In this document: one piece after another, positions 1 to 13,781 of the stretch
Layout: every line of letters begins with the position of its first letter
How positions within the stretch are numbered: position 1 is the first letter of the stretch
NCBI GenBank assembly: GCA_903813345.2
Contig: CAIIXF020000001.1
Coordinates: 33,480,001-33,544,000 of the forward strand
Length of the DNA: 64,000 nt
From: Owenia fusiformis
Taxonomy: Eukaryota
Direction: 5' to 3'
Program-made: the position numbers and the translations under genes
The notes under the pieces: model-generated
Told to the model about the DNA's origin: nothing
Databases searched by the model: none
The model's input: only the letters and a program-made list of their open reading frames with translations

Positions 1-749
1 ATGTCTTACAATGTCATAGGCGTAGCCAGGAGAGGGTGCGATGGTGCGATCGCACCCCCCCCCCATAACCAATGAAAATATGGCCATGACGATAGAGGAA
101 GAAAAGAGCCTTAAAATATGCTTTTTATTTGAAGCTTCTGGCTCAATTTTGAAGGATGTTATATACATTTTTGTAAATTCAAAACAAATCTTACACGTTT
201 TCTCATAATCTATTATGTTATATATTCGTATTTTTCGTTTTTTGGATTCCCGTTTTTTTGACCGGGTACCTTGTACCAAGTTTGAACCCAGCATGGAGGA
301 TTTACTACCCGGTACCTGTGTTTTTCTACAAACCCTTTCTAGATATCAGCGTCCATTTATTGTAACTCGCGTTTGCTTATATTTGCTCAGTTCTCAGATG
401 AAGGCCACACGGGTAGTAAAAAGGCCACCGTTGGAACTATTTGTGACCTACATCCCTATTTTCGTAATTAAAATGAAAGTTGAACCTTTCCCCTTTATTT
501 TGATACCAAACAACAGCACGCTAGGTACTTAAAATTAGATAAACTTTACTCCTCAAAAGTGCAAAAACTTAGCTTCTTATAAAAGATAAGATAATCACAA
601 TATAGGGGATTGCAACAATTTCGGAAATTCGCGGAGGTCAAAGCCACATTTGCGGGACTTCGCAGGACATTGCGGGACACGCGAATTAGCCTAATTTTGA
701 TCGAATTCGCGGGATAATCCCGCCATTCGCGGGACACTTGACAGCTCTG
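1..749 (-). mobile_element. Partial copy of the CAGAGCTG/CAGTACTG-ended non-autonomous DNA transposon (family B)
   Basis: Ends in cttgacagctctg (749); about 60-749 is the reverse complement of 37139-37800. Confidence 0.85.
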
Positions 750-785
750 ATGATGATATAAACTTTAAAGAGAGAATCGGAGATA

Positions 786-1125
786 CCCTTAGCAAAAGCG
801 CATGTATTTTTTCCATGCAAAGCACATGCAAAGTCCATGCAATCAGAAAAAATCCATGCGAGTCCATGCAATTCGCTTTGAAAGAGAAGGCTGAACAGAA
901 AACCCATGCACTTGTCCATGCAATGCCCATGCAAAGTCCATGCAAATGAAACTTTAAAAATTCCCCAAAATATATTTCCATGCAATCACCATGCAATTCA
1001 CATGCAGCATGCAACTACCATGCAAAGTCCATGCAACTGTTTTATTATAGAAAACTAAAATCCATGCAAGTACCATGCAATTTTGCATGTATGCGCATGG
1101 ACTACTGAAATCCATGCAAGAACCA
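786..1125. repeat. CCATGCAA-rich degenerate short tandem repeat (probable transposon subterminal repeats)
   Basis: Many ccatgca(a) units; resumes at 2326-2340 after an insertion; related TGCATGG array at 4230-4480. Confidence 0.7.
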
Positions 1126-2325
1126 AGGGAAAGATCAATACCCGGTGATGTCAGCGGGAAGTGGCGTTTCGTTCAGTGGATGAGCTGCGCACGCACGCAT
1201 AAATGTGATTATCCAATATAATTAGGGGAGGGCTATTTGAAATAGTTTTTGGTCTCAGGCGCGACCCAGGGCTGTTGTCTTAAGGACATTTCGTTGAAAA
1301 TGAGCCATTCGGCTGATAATTGGTAAGAGTTTGCGATCTTATAATGTATAACTGTTACTCAGACACATATTTTGACACGATTCTGTTGGAAATAAGCTTT
1401 GAACCGAGAGATATTCACGATTGGTATGCACATTTTTGATTGTGCCATTGCTTTTCCATTGCACAATCCATGTATTGATAGAAGTAACATTAATAATGCA
1501 GATTGTTTACCTTCAATACATGGCAGACACTACATATCGGTCTATTAAATACCAGTTTGTGCCTTAAATAGTTTTATATTTCCATCCACGGCCTGGAGCC
1601 TGGGTGTGTTTGTCTCTCAAGTTATGTGTATGCTTGTGCATGGACTTCTAATCACTAGCATAATTTAACGTGATGCAAACTCGACATTATAACTCATGCT
1701 GTAACATTTTGACTTCGCTGGAAAACAATAGGAATTATTTTTCTCGCCAATCAATCATACGGTCACAATCAAAATTTCAGAATGATCAATCAGGCAATGG
1801 TCCAAATCAAGTTATAACATTATATGATATTCAGCAAGAAGTCCGGTAGAAATACAGAATATTTAAACATCAAAGCTGAAAGTTAAAAGCTAATCTGTCA
1901 ATTTTCTGTCTGCAAAAGAGCGTTTACATTGATTTGACACAATAACAGACTGAGGCTTTGAAATCTAGGATTCCCCAGGAAAATATGACGTCATACTAAT
2001 TAGCATAAGGATTTCCCTATTGGTTTGGGTCGAGCCTTGTTCGAAAACACAATCCATAAATACATGCTAATTTCTAAGGAGATAGGAAGTGTATAACGTG
2101 TTTATCGATTTTGTTTAAAGATTTAATCAATTATCAAATTGTTTAAGTGGATAAAGTGGTCACACTTGGTTCAATTCATAGCGAAATCGACAGATGGAAA
2201 CTGACCGAATTCCCGATATCCTACCCCGTATTAATGTAGGCTATAAGCACAGTGACCTACAGAGGGCGCTATCACAAACAAGTACTGCACGAACCGATAA
2301 ATTCCCGGGTATTGTAACGCCCTTG
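1124..2325. mobile_element. Non-autonomous TIR element, P-superfamily-like
   Basis: Imperfect TIRs CAAGGGAAAGATCAATACCCGG ... CCGGGTATTGTAACGCCCTTG; flanking 7-bp repeat CAAGAAC (1117-1123, 2326-2332). An alternative reading gives an 11-bp TSD (MULE-like). Confidence 0.6.
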
Positions 2326-2344
2326 CAAGAACCATGCAATTTGA

Positions 2345-4100
2345 ATCAGACTGAATCCTAATTCCAAAACGAGGCTCATGCAGCCTCTCTTTCAATCAAA
2401 GCTGGCTTAGCCATTTTGGTTTTGGTAAGTCTTCACAAAATCCTATAACATCGGCCCTGATGCAGTTTTACTTTATTTGATTTTGATGTCAACTTTACCA
2501 TTAGGTATTAGTTGTGCATTTGTTCCAGTTTCATAATCATTGTTCATTTATAGTTGTCCATTTTCTTAAGCTTCAAATTTCTTTTCAATATATCCATTGA
2601 ATCTTTCTACCTTTTGTGCTTTGCCTATTTGTTTTGATCTTTTCACCTAGAATTCATTCTAATCTGAATCATGATGGCATTATATCCTGGGCTGTAATTC
2701 AATATGGGTCAGTTTATTTGGATAGGTTTTACTTACTTCGGTCCAAAGCCTTCTCTATATTCCGGCTTTGAGGAGGAAGATTGAGCTGCCTTAGTATTAT
2801 AAATATTGTAAATCATTGTGTCACACGCACAGTAAATATGGCATAATAATATGAAATATACCTTTATGTATAGATTTGAAGAACATCAGCTCACATCCCC
2901 GTCTGAATCTATTGTTATATTTGATTTCTTAAAGCAAGAATAATTTCAAATGTTATTCACGTCCAGAACCGGAAGCCATTTTTAGCTACAGCGAGAAAAT
3001 TTCACCATGTGTCAAAACTCCGAAATGAAATTTTGAAATATCTAAATCCAGACAAGCAACGCTTCATCCTAAATATGATTAATATTCTTAAAAATATTTA
3101 TAAAATTTATTAAAAATGAGTTCTAGGTGCGTGTAGGTGCGTGTAGCACAGTACATACGAAATCAATGAAGTTTCGTCTAGCTGTAAGCTAGAGACTCGA
3201 GTAAGGTTTTACATAGGACATATACATTCATTAACTCCTCGGAGACTAGAAACTTTTTGGAAAAATGAAGAAAATAAAAAAGTTATTTGTAAAAGAATCT
3301 AGAAGCAAGAGAAGGAAGCAAGGCCCAATAAATTATATAGACTTTTTTCTTGAAAAAATTGAATATGCAAAAGAGTGTCATTGTGACATCATAATTCAAG
3401 ATGGCGGATTTGAACTTTTTACAAGACAGAATTATTTTAGCATTTTTTGTTTAAAACTTCAATTTAAAAATCTGAGCAGAACTACTTGACATATTATAGA
3501 CCTTTAATGCTGATCATTCTGTGACATTTGTACTATAGCATAACTCCTACAAATACTTTTTAAAGCGCTTAGACAGAAAATTCCAGGAAAATCCCCATGG
3601 CGATTTAACATGGGATTTTTGTTTTTGTAATTTTTTGCAATTCGTTATGCTTTGGACCCCCTGTATCTTCATTAATATTATTCTCTGATCACAGTGCTTC
3701 AAAATTCAGAATATCTTTGCATTCTCTCCCCCTGCGATAAGCAGTTAGCATTTCGCCAATTAAGGATTAGGTGAATTATGTGAACTAACTGTAAATTAAG
3801 TTTAAAATCTGACCAATCAGAATGTGCTCTTGATGTAAATTGGATGTATACTAAAGTGTAAACTGAGTGTAAACTTAGGTGTAAATTAGCTCATTTGCAT
3901 GTGAAATTGGTCACCTATTTACTGGGTGTAAAGTAAGTGTAAACTGAGTGTAAACTTAAGTGAAAACTAAGTGCGAACTGGATGTAAAGTAGATGTAAAC
4001 TTAAGTGTAAAGTGGGTGTATACTAAGGTGTAAACTGAGTGTAAATTAAAGTGTAAATTAGCTCATTTGCATATAAAATTGGTGGTGACATTTGTCAGCT
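2345..4100 (+). repeat. Partial copy of the GTGTAAA-rich composite element (family Z)
   Basis: 2350-2720 matches 7360-7730 and 61140-61430; 3215-3660 matches 9795-10230; 3660-4080 matches 12353-12770. Confidence 0.8.
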
Positions 4101-4506
4101 TAAATGCCTTATTATAAATGTTGCATTTAGAAGACTTATTAACTCTCACAATCTAAAACAGGGGCTCCTTGATTGATTGACATTCTCAGTAAGGTTGATA
4201 CTAGTATACGAATTGTATATTACGGGCAGAACAGCAGATGCATGGATGTAGCATGAACCATACAAGTCCATGCAAAATTGCATGTGGATTGCATGGTTTT
4301 CGTTAAAACCCATGCAGATGCATTCAATTTTGCATGTGGATTAACGTGCTTTGCATGGATTTGAATGGATGCCGCATGGACTTTGCATGGATTTGATGCA
4401 ATATTGCATGTGGATTGCATGGTTTTCATATAAATCCATGCAGATGCATGCAATTTTGCAAGGACATTGCATGGAACTTATTAACAATATTTCTCGCAGC
4501 CTGCAT

Positions 4507-4783
4507 CAGGCCTGTCAACTGTCCCGCAATTTGCGTATTTGTCACGCATTTGCTGAAGAATTTGAAGTCACGCCAGTTATTTTTGCGTGACAGAAAATGT
4601 CACGCAAATACGCATTTTACCTGGTAATTGTCAAGCAAAAATATTTGTGTAGAAAAATTTCTAAAAAAGATCGTCTACACAGCAAAAATACGAACGCCGA
4701 AAAAAAAAACGTACGCATTTCGTTCGGACTTTTCACGCGAATCACGTATATGTCACGCATTCCGTTCGAAAATTTTCGTACCT
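4507..4783 (+). mobile_element. MITE family A, 5' half
   Basis: Begins caggcctgtcaactgtcccgcaatttgcg, as do the full copies. Confidence 0.9.
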
Positions 4784-4881
4784 AAAAAGCCTATTATATA
4801 TGATCTGCCCTGTCAACCCTCACGCATTAGGCGTGATTGTCACGCATTTGCTGGAAAAATAGAAATCACGCATCAATTTAG

Positions 4882-5780
4882 CGTACAGCTTAACATAATG
4901 AATGCTTATAAAAGAAGGGGACCTCAAAAGCTACATAGCTTCAAAATTTGGACACCAAAATGCCTAGGTCAAAATCTAGGTCAAATTCATAGTTTTTCCT
5001 TATTTTTACGATTCTGACACTACACTTTAATAATTTACTTCAAAATTTTGTATACAGGTAGCAAAGAGTGTGCTAATAGTGTTAGCCTTTTGCCGTCAGA
5101 AAGTATTTTGACCCACTTTTGAGATATGGTGTCCGAAAAGTAGGTCAAAATAAAAAGTTCTCCAAATTTAACATATGAGCTATGAATTGAAAGTAGGATT
5201 TTCCCAGGAATCCAAATCTGCAAACCAAATTTCAATCCGACTTTCGGTTCGGAAGTTATGGCGTTTTGAAAGCTCAAAAATCGCTAAATTTGGTGCCCCA
5301 TGTTATGTCAATGAGAAAAAAGATTTTTTTTTAAAGTTTAAAATACCAGATATAAACTGAGTACAGTTTAACATTCTGAAAGCCTATAAAAGAAGGGGAC
5401 CTCGAAGGCTATCTAGCTTTAAAATTTGGACACCAAAATGCCTAGGTCAAATTCATAGTTTTTCCTTATTTTTGCGATTCTGACATTACACTTTAATGAT
5501 TTGCTTCGAAATTTTGTATACAGGTAGCAAAAAGTGTGCTTATAGTGTTAGCATTCTGCCGTCAGAAAGTATTTTGACCCACTTTTGAGATATGGTGTCT
5601 GAAAAGTAGGTCAAAATAAAAAGTTCTCCAAATTTAACGTATGAGTTATGAATTAAGGGTAGAATTTTCTCAGGAATCAGAATCTTGAAACCAAATTTGG
5701 ATCAAACTTCTGATTAGATAGTTATAGCGGTTTTAAGTCTCGAAAAGTCGATATGATGATATCCCCATGTTAAGCCAATG
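4882..5780. repeat. Tandem duplication, unit about 480 bp
   Basis: gtacag.ttaacat...tataaaagaaggggacctc recurs at about 4882 and 5361 with colinear downstream sequence. Confidence 0.85.
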
Positions 5781-7739
5781 GAGTCGAAGATAACATTCTT
5801 AAGAGTTGTCTAAATGTCTATATTCTAGCTGACTCAGCTTATTCCGAATGACTCAGCTTACAAGTATTTGGATGACTCAGCTTAAAAAAGTCTGAAATCT
5901 GGAGTCTTAAATTGAACTTGTTCAATTTACATGTCTAGTTACACTTGATTTGTGGTTCACAGGTGAGATCATTAAGATCTTAAATTGTAGCAACGTTTGC
6001 AGTACTCTAGGTATAGTTACAGGGGTGAAATAGCGTTTTCATGTTATCAAATTAAGATTCTGTTGATGTTGATCGGGTAGTCAATCGGGTAGTTTAAATG
6101 GAAGTTTCCCTTTTTAGAACTTACTTCCTGGTTTTGATTCGATTGAACCGAAGTAAAATTAGAGTAAGTAGCGATCAATTACTGTTCTATTTATTGAGTT
6201 CCAATTATAGTCTTGTTGTGTGATCAATATTAAAACGGGATATGGCGTCAATAACTTGTTATTTAACTTTGAAATCTTGTCCGAAAAGTGATGACGTCAC
6301 CAGGCCTATAAAGTATTTCGCCGATGTAAACTCGAGATGAAAGCTAACTTTCGACGAGGACAGAGCTCCGTTCAATTTCATAATCTATGTGAAGTTGGAC
6401 TTGGAAATATTTTTGGACTTTGACAATTTTCATAAGAAAAGTTAAAGGTGCAGGTCGAAGGGTTTTTATAACTTTCTTTTTGGCCCGCTTTTTGGACACC
6501 CTGTACGTCGAAGGTGAAGGTCGAAGGTGCAGGTCGAAGGTCGAAGGGTTTTTATAACATTCCCTCAATAACTACTGAATGAATCTGGAGAAAATTTTCA
6601 CAAAGGGAAGATACACTGGTCTGGCTCATAAAAAAAAATTTCTCATGAATTTTCTTCGTACATAAACATGACTGGGCATAAATATACCATGAATACTCCT
6701 CCAGAATCCGCCGCTTCGTCCCTGGGGAGATTCAACGTCTAGTTAAAATCCAAAACTGAATTTGCAGCGATCGAATGTTCATTTTTTCACTTCAGAAAAT
6801 ATTCTAGTTTCTATTTTTGATGACCATTATCAACTTCCAAGAGCCTAAAGAGCTCGAAATCGCAATCCATTTGCTCCACATTTTCGTTGTGATCGTATTT
6901 GGCCGCCATTTTGTACGATTTGTTCACTAAAAACGACTTAAACACTGTTTAAATTGTTGAATTGAGAATTATTTTACAAAAGATCGCCATTTCTAGGTCA
7001 ACAGAAAGTCCCCACGTAAGGACTGAATAAATTGGGCAATCTAATTGGATCATAAGAACGGCGGGAAAAAGTAAAGTTTTTGAAAGTGTAAAATGAGTTT
7101 AAACTGAGTCGACCGGAATCGCCGGCAGTTGCCGGGGATAGTTAAGCACGGGCGACTCCGCTCGCCGGTAGCATGCTAAAGGTTAATTTACACCAGACCT
7201 TGGTGTATACTTCGATGTTAACTTTACCTCATGTAAATAGGTATTTACTAGCAGAAAGTAAACACTGATTTACTAGGTGTAAACTTCAATTAGAATTTGT
7301 TAAAAGTGAAAACTGGGTGTAAATTAGACTCAGAAAAATCAAAAACTAAGTGTACACTTGACTGAATCCTAATTCCAAACGAGGCTCATGCTTTGATCTT
7401 TCAATCAAAGCTGGCTTAGCCATTTTGGTTTTGGTAAGTCTTTGCAAAATCCATCCTGATACAGCCCTGATACAGTTTTACATAATGTTTGATTTTGGTG
7501 TTAACTTAACCATTAGGTATTAGTTGTGCATTTGTTCCAGTTTCATCGTCATTGTTCATTTAGTTATCTATTTTCTCCAGCTCCAAATTTCTTTTCAATA
7601 TATCCATTGAATCTTTCTACCTTTTGTGCTTGCCTGTTTGTTCCCCCGATCTTTTCACCTAGAACTTATTCTAATCTGCATCATGATGGCATTATATCCT
7701 GGGTTGTAATTCAATATGGGTCAGTTTATTTGTATTGTT

Positions 7740-9787
7740 TTTTGCAATCACTCACTTGTCCGTCTGTCTGTCTGTCCATCTGTCCGTCCGTCCATCCGTC
7801 CGTCCGTCCGTCTGTCTGTCCGTCAACAATAGTGGCACGTTTTAAAACCTCTGTCGATAAGATTCCTGTTTTAAGTTATTTCTGTTCAACATCAATACAG
7901 GAAACCCCCCTATGACTCCTGGTTCAAAAGCTCACCTATTTTCAAAATGGCCTATCTATTTTTTTATTTTCAGCCATTTTACTTAACATCGATTTGTCTA
8001 TCTGACTTGCGAAATCCACTTTCTGTCAATAACAGTGGCACGTTTTAAAACCTCTGTCGATAGGATTCCTGTTTTAAGTTATTTCTGTTCAACATCAATT
8101 CAGTAAACTCCCCTATGACTCCTGGTTCAATAAAGCTTGCCTATTTTCAAAATGGCCACCATTTTTGTCTCGCGAAATTCACTTTTGACCCATTTCCTAG
8201 CTTAACAAATAATTTCATGTGTCCTACATTGTAAAAATCCATTGCAAAGTAAAGAGTAGATGTATGAAATAATTTTGTTACGAAACATAAGCGAAAAATT
8301 ATATCCATTTATTTATTTTGAGCCATTTTAGTTAACATTGATTTGTCCATCTGTCTCGCAAAATTCACTTTTGGACCATTTACCTTAAACCCTCTGTCGA
8401 TAGGATTCCCATTTTAAGTTATTTTTGTTCAACATCAATACAAAAAACTCTCCTATGACTCTTGGTTCAAAAGCTCGCCTATTTTCAAAATGGCCGTCAC
8501 TTTTGTCTCGCGAAATTCACTTTTGACCCATTTCCTAGCTTTACAAATAATTTCAGGTGTCCTACATTGTAAAAATCAATGTCAATGTAAAGGGTAGATA
8601 TATCAAATAATTTTGTTACAAAAAATCAGCGAAAAATTGTATCCATTTTTTTTATTTTCAGCCATTTTAGTTAACATTGATTTGTCTATCTGACTCGCGA
8701 AATCCACTTTCCGTCAATAACAGTGGCATGTTTTAAAACCTCTGTTGATAAGATTCCTGTTTTAAGTTATTTCTGTTCAACATCAATTCAGAAAACTCCC
8801 CTATGACTCCTGGTTCAAAAGCTCACCTATTTTCAAAATGGCCGCCATTTTTTTCTCGCGAAATTCACTTTTGACCCATTTCCTAGCTTTACAAATAATT
8901 TCAAGTGTCCTACTTTGTAAAAAATCCATGTCAATGTAAAGAGTAGATGTATGAAATACTTTCGTTACGAAAAATCAGCGAAAAATTATATCCATTTATT
9001 TATTTTATTATATCCATTTATTTATTTTCAGCCATTTTAGTAAACATTGATTTGTCCATCTGTCTCGCAAAATCCACTTTTGGACCATTTACCTTAAACC
9101 CTCTGTCAATACAAAAAACTCTCCTATGACTCTTGGTTCAAAAGCTCGCCTATTTTCACAATGGTTGCCATTCTTGTTTCGCGAAATTCACTTTTTGCCT
9201 ATTTCCTAGCTTTACAAATAATTTCAGCTGTCCTGCATTGTAAAAAGCCATGTCACTGTAAAAAGTAGTTGTATGACATAATTTTGTTTCAAAAAATCGG
9301 CAAAATATTATATCCATTTTTTTTATTTTCAGCCATTTTCGTTAACATTGATTTGTCAATCTGTCTCGCGAAATCCTCTTTTGGACCATTTGCTTAAAAC
9401 CTCTGTCGATAGGATTCCAGTTTCAAGTTATTTTTGTTCAACATCAATACAAAAAACTCCCCTATGACTCCTGGTTCAAAAGCTTGCCTGATTTCAAAAT
9501 GGTCGCCATTTTTTTGTCTCGCGAAATTCAATTTTGGCCCATTTCCTAGCTTTACAAATAACTTCAGGTGTCTTGCATTCCAAAAAGCCATGTCACTGTA
9601 AAGAGTAGTTGTATGAAATAATTTTGTTACAATTAAATTATTGGCAAAAAATTATATCCGTTTTTTTTCAGCCATTTTAATTGACTGAGAGACAGATGGC
9701 TTGAAGTAATTTTATAACAAAAAATCAGCAAAAAATTATATCCATTTTTTTCTGTCACCATGTGAGCCCAGTACCCACGGTACTAAT
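7740..9787 (+). mobile_element. HINE family 1, 5'-truncated, with internal tandem array
   Basis: GTCY microsatellite, repeats of about 340 bp, 3' end ACCATGTGAGC + hairpin AGTACC-CAC-GGTACT + T run, identical to 23456-23490. Confidence 0.85.
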
Positions 9788-10231
9788 TTTTTTAGACATA
9801 CATTCATTATATCCTTGAAGACTAACAACTTTTTGGAAAAATGAAGGAAATGAAAAAGTTATTTGTAAAAGAATCTAGAAGCAAGAGAAGGAAGAGAAGG
9901 AAGCAAGACCAAATAAATTATATAGACCCATATTTTATGGGTTTTTCTTGAAAAATTTGAATATGCAAAAGAGTGTCATTGTGACATCATAATTCAAGAT
10001 GGCAGATTTGGACTTTTTACAAAACAGAATTATTTTAGCATTTTTTGTTCAAAACTTCAATTTAAAAATCTGAGCAGAATTACTTACATAGATCTTTAAT
10101 GGTGATCATTCCCTGATATTTGTACTATAGCATAACTCCTACAAATACTTTTTAAAGCGCTAAGACAGAAAATTCCAGGAAAATCCCTATGGTTTTGTTT
10201 TTTGCAATTCGTTACGCTTTGGACCCCTGTA

Positions 10232-12352
10232 CATACCTGCCAACCTAAGACCAAAATTTTGCGGTAGATTTTTTTGAAATTGCTGTATTTTTGCGGTAGA
10301 TTTTTTCAAAATACGGTAGTTTTTGCGGTATTTTCAACAAAATTGCGGTAGTTTTTGCGGTAGATTTAAGAAAAAATGGTAGTTTTTGAGGTAGATTTTA
10401 AAAAAAGCGGTAGTTTTTGCGGTAGATTTTTTAAAAAACGGTAGTTTTTGCAGTAGATTTTTTAAAAATACTGTAGTTTCAGAGGTTTGGGGTAGATTTT
10501 TTAAAAAAGTGTAATTTTGTGGTAGAAATTTGAAAAAAGCGGTAGTTTTGCGGAAGATTTAGAAAAAATGCGGTAGTTTTACGGTAGATTTTAAAAAATG
10601 TGGTAGTTTTTACGGTAGTTTTTTTGAAAAACTGGAAGTTTTGCGAAAGATTCTGAAAAAATGTGGTTGTTTTACGGTAGATTTTGAAAAAATGCGGTAG
10701 TTTTCACGGTAGTTTTTTGAAAAACCAGTACTTTTGTCGAAGATTTGCCAAAGATGCGGTACTTTTCGGTAGATTTTGAAAAAATGTGGCAGTTTTTGCG
10801 GTAGATTCTGAAAAAATGCGTAAGTTTAACGGTAGATTTTGAAAATTGCAGTAGTTTGTACGGTATTTTTTTGAAAAAACGGTACTTTTGCGGAAGATTT
10901 TGAAAAAAATGCGGTAATTTTACGGTAGATTTTGAAAATTGCGGTAGTTTTTACGGTAATTTACTGAAAAATCGGTACTTTTGCCAAAGATTTGCCAAAG
11001 ATGCTGTACTTTTCGGTAAATTTTGAAAAAATGCGGTAGTTTTTGCGGTAGATTTTAAAATAACTAGTTTTGCGGAAGAATTTGAAAAGATGCGGTAGTT
11101 TTTGCGGTAGATTTCTAAAAAACTAATGAATACAATATGTTAACGCATTGAACTCTCTCATAAACCTGTAAACAGACCAACAATTTGAACACTTCAGTGT
11201 TTTTATAACTACAGTAGAACCCGCTAAGTGGAACACCTCTATAAGTGGAACACCTCATAGGTGGAGCAGTGTTTTTTTTCTAAAATTTTGTAAAAACAAT
11301 TTTTCACATTTTTTCAATTTTTTTAAACATTTTTTCACATTTTTAAAATTTTTGTTTTTAAATTTCTTTTCAAATTTTTTGAAAATCTCGCAAATTTAAA
11401 GACCCAGAAAACGTGTACCTTAAGTATGTTTTGGAACTTTATAAGGTACATATATGATGTACCTAGAACCTCAGTAGGTATGAAATACATCTGTATTGGA
11501 TTTGGATACAGGGTTTATCAAAAAATGCCCCTGAAAACTCGACTTGGTATAGGATAAAGCAGTTATGTACGGTCGGTTTGGATATTGGTTCATCCCTCGT
11601 GAGCTATGCACTGGATATTGGTTCATCCCTCATGAGCTATGCACACCTACCTTCGGTCCCTACAGTCCCTCAGGTAGATATGCATATCTCCCTCTGGATA
11701 AACCCCATATCCAAAACCTCCCAGTACATAACCCTTATGTATTTTCATCAGCGGGCAGATATAGCTATACGTCCCGCTCCGAGCCGCTACGTTATAAACG
11801 CCATTCGCGTCAAACAATCAAACAATGTGAACCTGATGAGGAAGATTGGTATAGGATAAACAGATCATCCTATAGTCGGTTCAGGATATTGGGATTATCT
11901 CTTGGCCAATATAGTATATCTACCCTCGGGATCTACGGCCCTCGGGAAGATATAATCCCAATATCCTGAACCTCATATATTTGGGTTGGTGAAGGAATAT
12001 TACAGGGACAGTACAGGAAGACCTCAATCTTTCAGCATTTCGATCCCAACAATAACGGGAAAATTTACGGTAGTTTGAACAAAAATACTGTTGATTTTAG
12101 CAGAAATACGGTAGATTTTAGAAAATTTACTGTAGATTTTCAAAAATTTACAGTAGATTTTACGGCCGTTCTCATGGAAAAAACGAGTTTTTAAAAATAA
12201 AATTTACGGTAGATTTCGAACAAAAACACGGTAGATTTTTTTACGGGCATCTTTACGGGAAAAAATGGTATAATTTTTTACGGTAGTTTGTCATTTCTTT
12301 ACGGAAAAACGAAACATTTACGGTAGATTTCTGTAAAAATACGGTGGGTATG
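10232..12352. mobile_element. CATACC-ended non-autonomous DNA transposon with GCGGTAG minisatellite, 5-bp TSD
   Basis: Ends CATACCTGCC... / ...GTGGGTATG; TSD CTGTA; the empty site ggaccccctgtatcttc is present near 3655-3670. Confidence 0.85.
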
Positions 12353-13142
12353 CTGTATCTTCATTAATAATATTCTCTGATCACAGTGCTTCAAAATTCA
12401 GAATATCTAAATGCATTCTCTCCCCCTGCGATAAGCATTCCCAATAAGGATTAGGTGAACTAACTGTAAATTAAGTTTCAAATCTGACCAATCAGAGTGT
12501 GCTCTTGATGTAAATTGGATGTATACTAAAGTGTAAACTAAGTGTAAACTTAGGTGTAAATTTGCTCATTTGCATGTGAATTTGGTCATCTATTTACTGG
12601 GTGTAAATTAAGTGTAAACTGAGTGTAAACCTAAGTGAAAACTTAGTGCGAACTGGATGTAAATTAGATGTTAACTAAAGTGTAAATTGGGTGTATACTA
12701 AGGTGTAAACTGAATGTAAATTAAGGTGTAAATAAGCTCATTTGCCTATGAAATTGGTCACCTATTTACTGGGTGTAAAGTTAACATCGAAGTATATACC
12801 ACGGTCTGGTGTAAATTAAGTGTAAACTGAGTGTAAATTGGATGTAAACTTGAATTCATTTTTGTTTGGGTAAGCATGGCACACTGTCTTATGACATTTT
12901 TGGTAGTAGGCGGCCATTTAAAGATGGCCGACATTTACATGAACGTGTGTGTTTTTTTTAAATTTTCTATGTGCCTACTTAAAAGCATATTACTTTTTCT
13001 GATGACAATTTGGCTACTGAACAACCATTTTGAAAATGGTGGCCTTTCTTATGTATTTGCTATACATTTTGTTTGTAAAAATGCCAGCCATTGCTGTTTG
13101 ATGGGATTTGCTATGCTTTGGCATTGCTGTTGTCTTAGTTAA

Positions 13143-13781
13143 AGCGGCTCTAAGGTCTGTGGAGAGAAAAATGGAGAAATTTTACCTTTTCTGAGCTATC
13201 GGGGTGAAGTTTGGTCCAACATCTTCTTCCTTATTCCTATTTTATAAAAATGTATGCATATGGCAATATTCATCAACCAGTAGAACTGGCAAATCGTTTA
13301 GAATCTACAATTCCATACAAGGAGTCCCACTCATAGATTTTTCAAATTCTTTCCAAGTCGACGGCGAAACACCTAGCGGGCGAAATTGAAACTAATTTTT
13401 CTGGCTGCTCGAATCGATAAAATCTCTGATAGTGTGAGTCTTTTTATGAAATCTTTCTTATAGAAAACACTTAACGATTATTAGAAAGCATTAAAAGTTG
13501 AATCCGAAGCGTAATCTGAAATAAAAGTGAAAAAACATTGCGCGGACGTCAGAGAAAAAACTTCCGGTTTAATAAAAAATGGCGGATGTCGAAGGAGAAA
13601 ATATGACGCAGAATTAGATGATTTTCCTTTGCCATTATCGATCGTTATAAGGTATGTGCACAAATTCTAGTCGCATACATGGAAAATAGATACATTTTTA
13701 AAGGCAACAACATATTCAAAGCTTTCATTTTACGATAGGCCCAGGATCATTGGATACGACTCGGCAATCGATATTCACACT
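13143..13781 (+). mobile_element. TTAA-flanked AG...CT non-autonomous element (Kolobok-like)
   Basis: TTAA at 13139-13142 and 13782-13785; inverted partial copy at 14945-15470; relatives near 32040-32480, 39860-42000 and 48240-48535. Confidence 0.6.

Larger units (their letters stand above)
7183..12850 (+). mobile_element. Family Z TIR element with two nested insertions
   Basis: taatttacaccagacc..ggtgtatacttcgatgttaactttacc (about 7184) is inverted at about 12775-12818; the interior is colinear with 2345-4100 once inserts are removed. Confidence 0.7.

Noticed and set aside
686..1014. Cys/His/Met-rich ORFs as metal-binding proteins
   Set aside because: Translation of CATG-rich repeats; also seen at 4220-4590.
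2415..2435. Splice-donor-like TTG|GTAAGT
   Set aside because: Part of family Z, repeated at about 7430 and 61215; not evidence for a host exon.
10255..11125. CRISPR-like periodic array
   Set aside because: Degenerate head-to-tail minisatellite with no unique spacers and no cas genes; it lies inside a TSD-bounded transposon.
11565..11969. 134-aa ORF
   Set aside because: Inside a nested repeat, contains a tandemly duplicated 31-mer, and has no recognisable motif or splice support.
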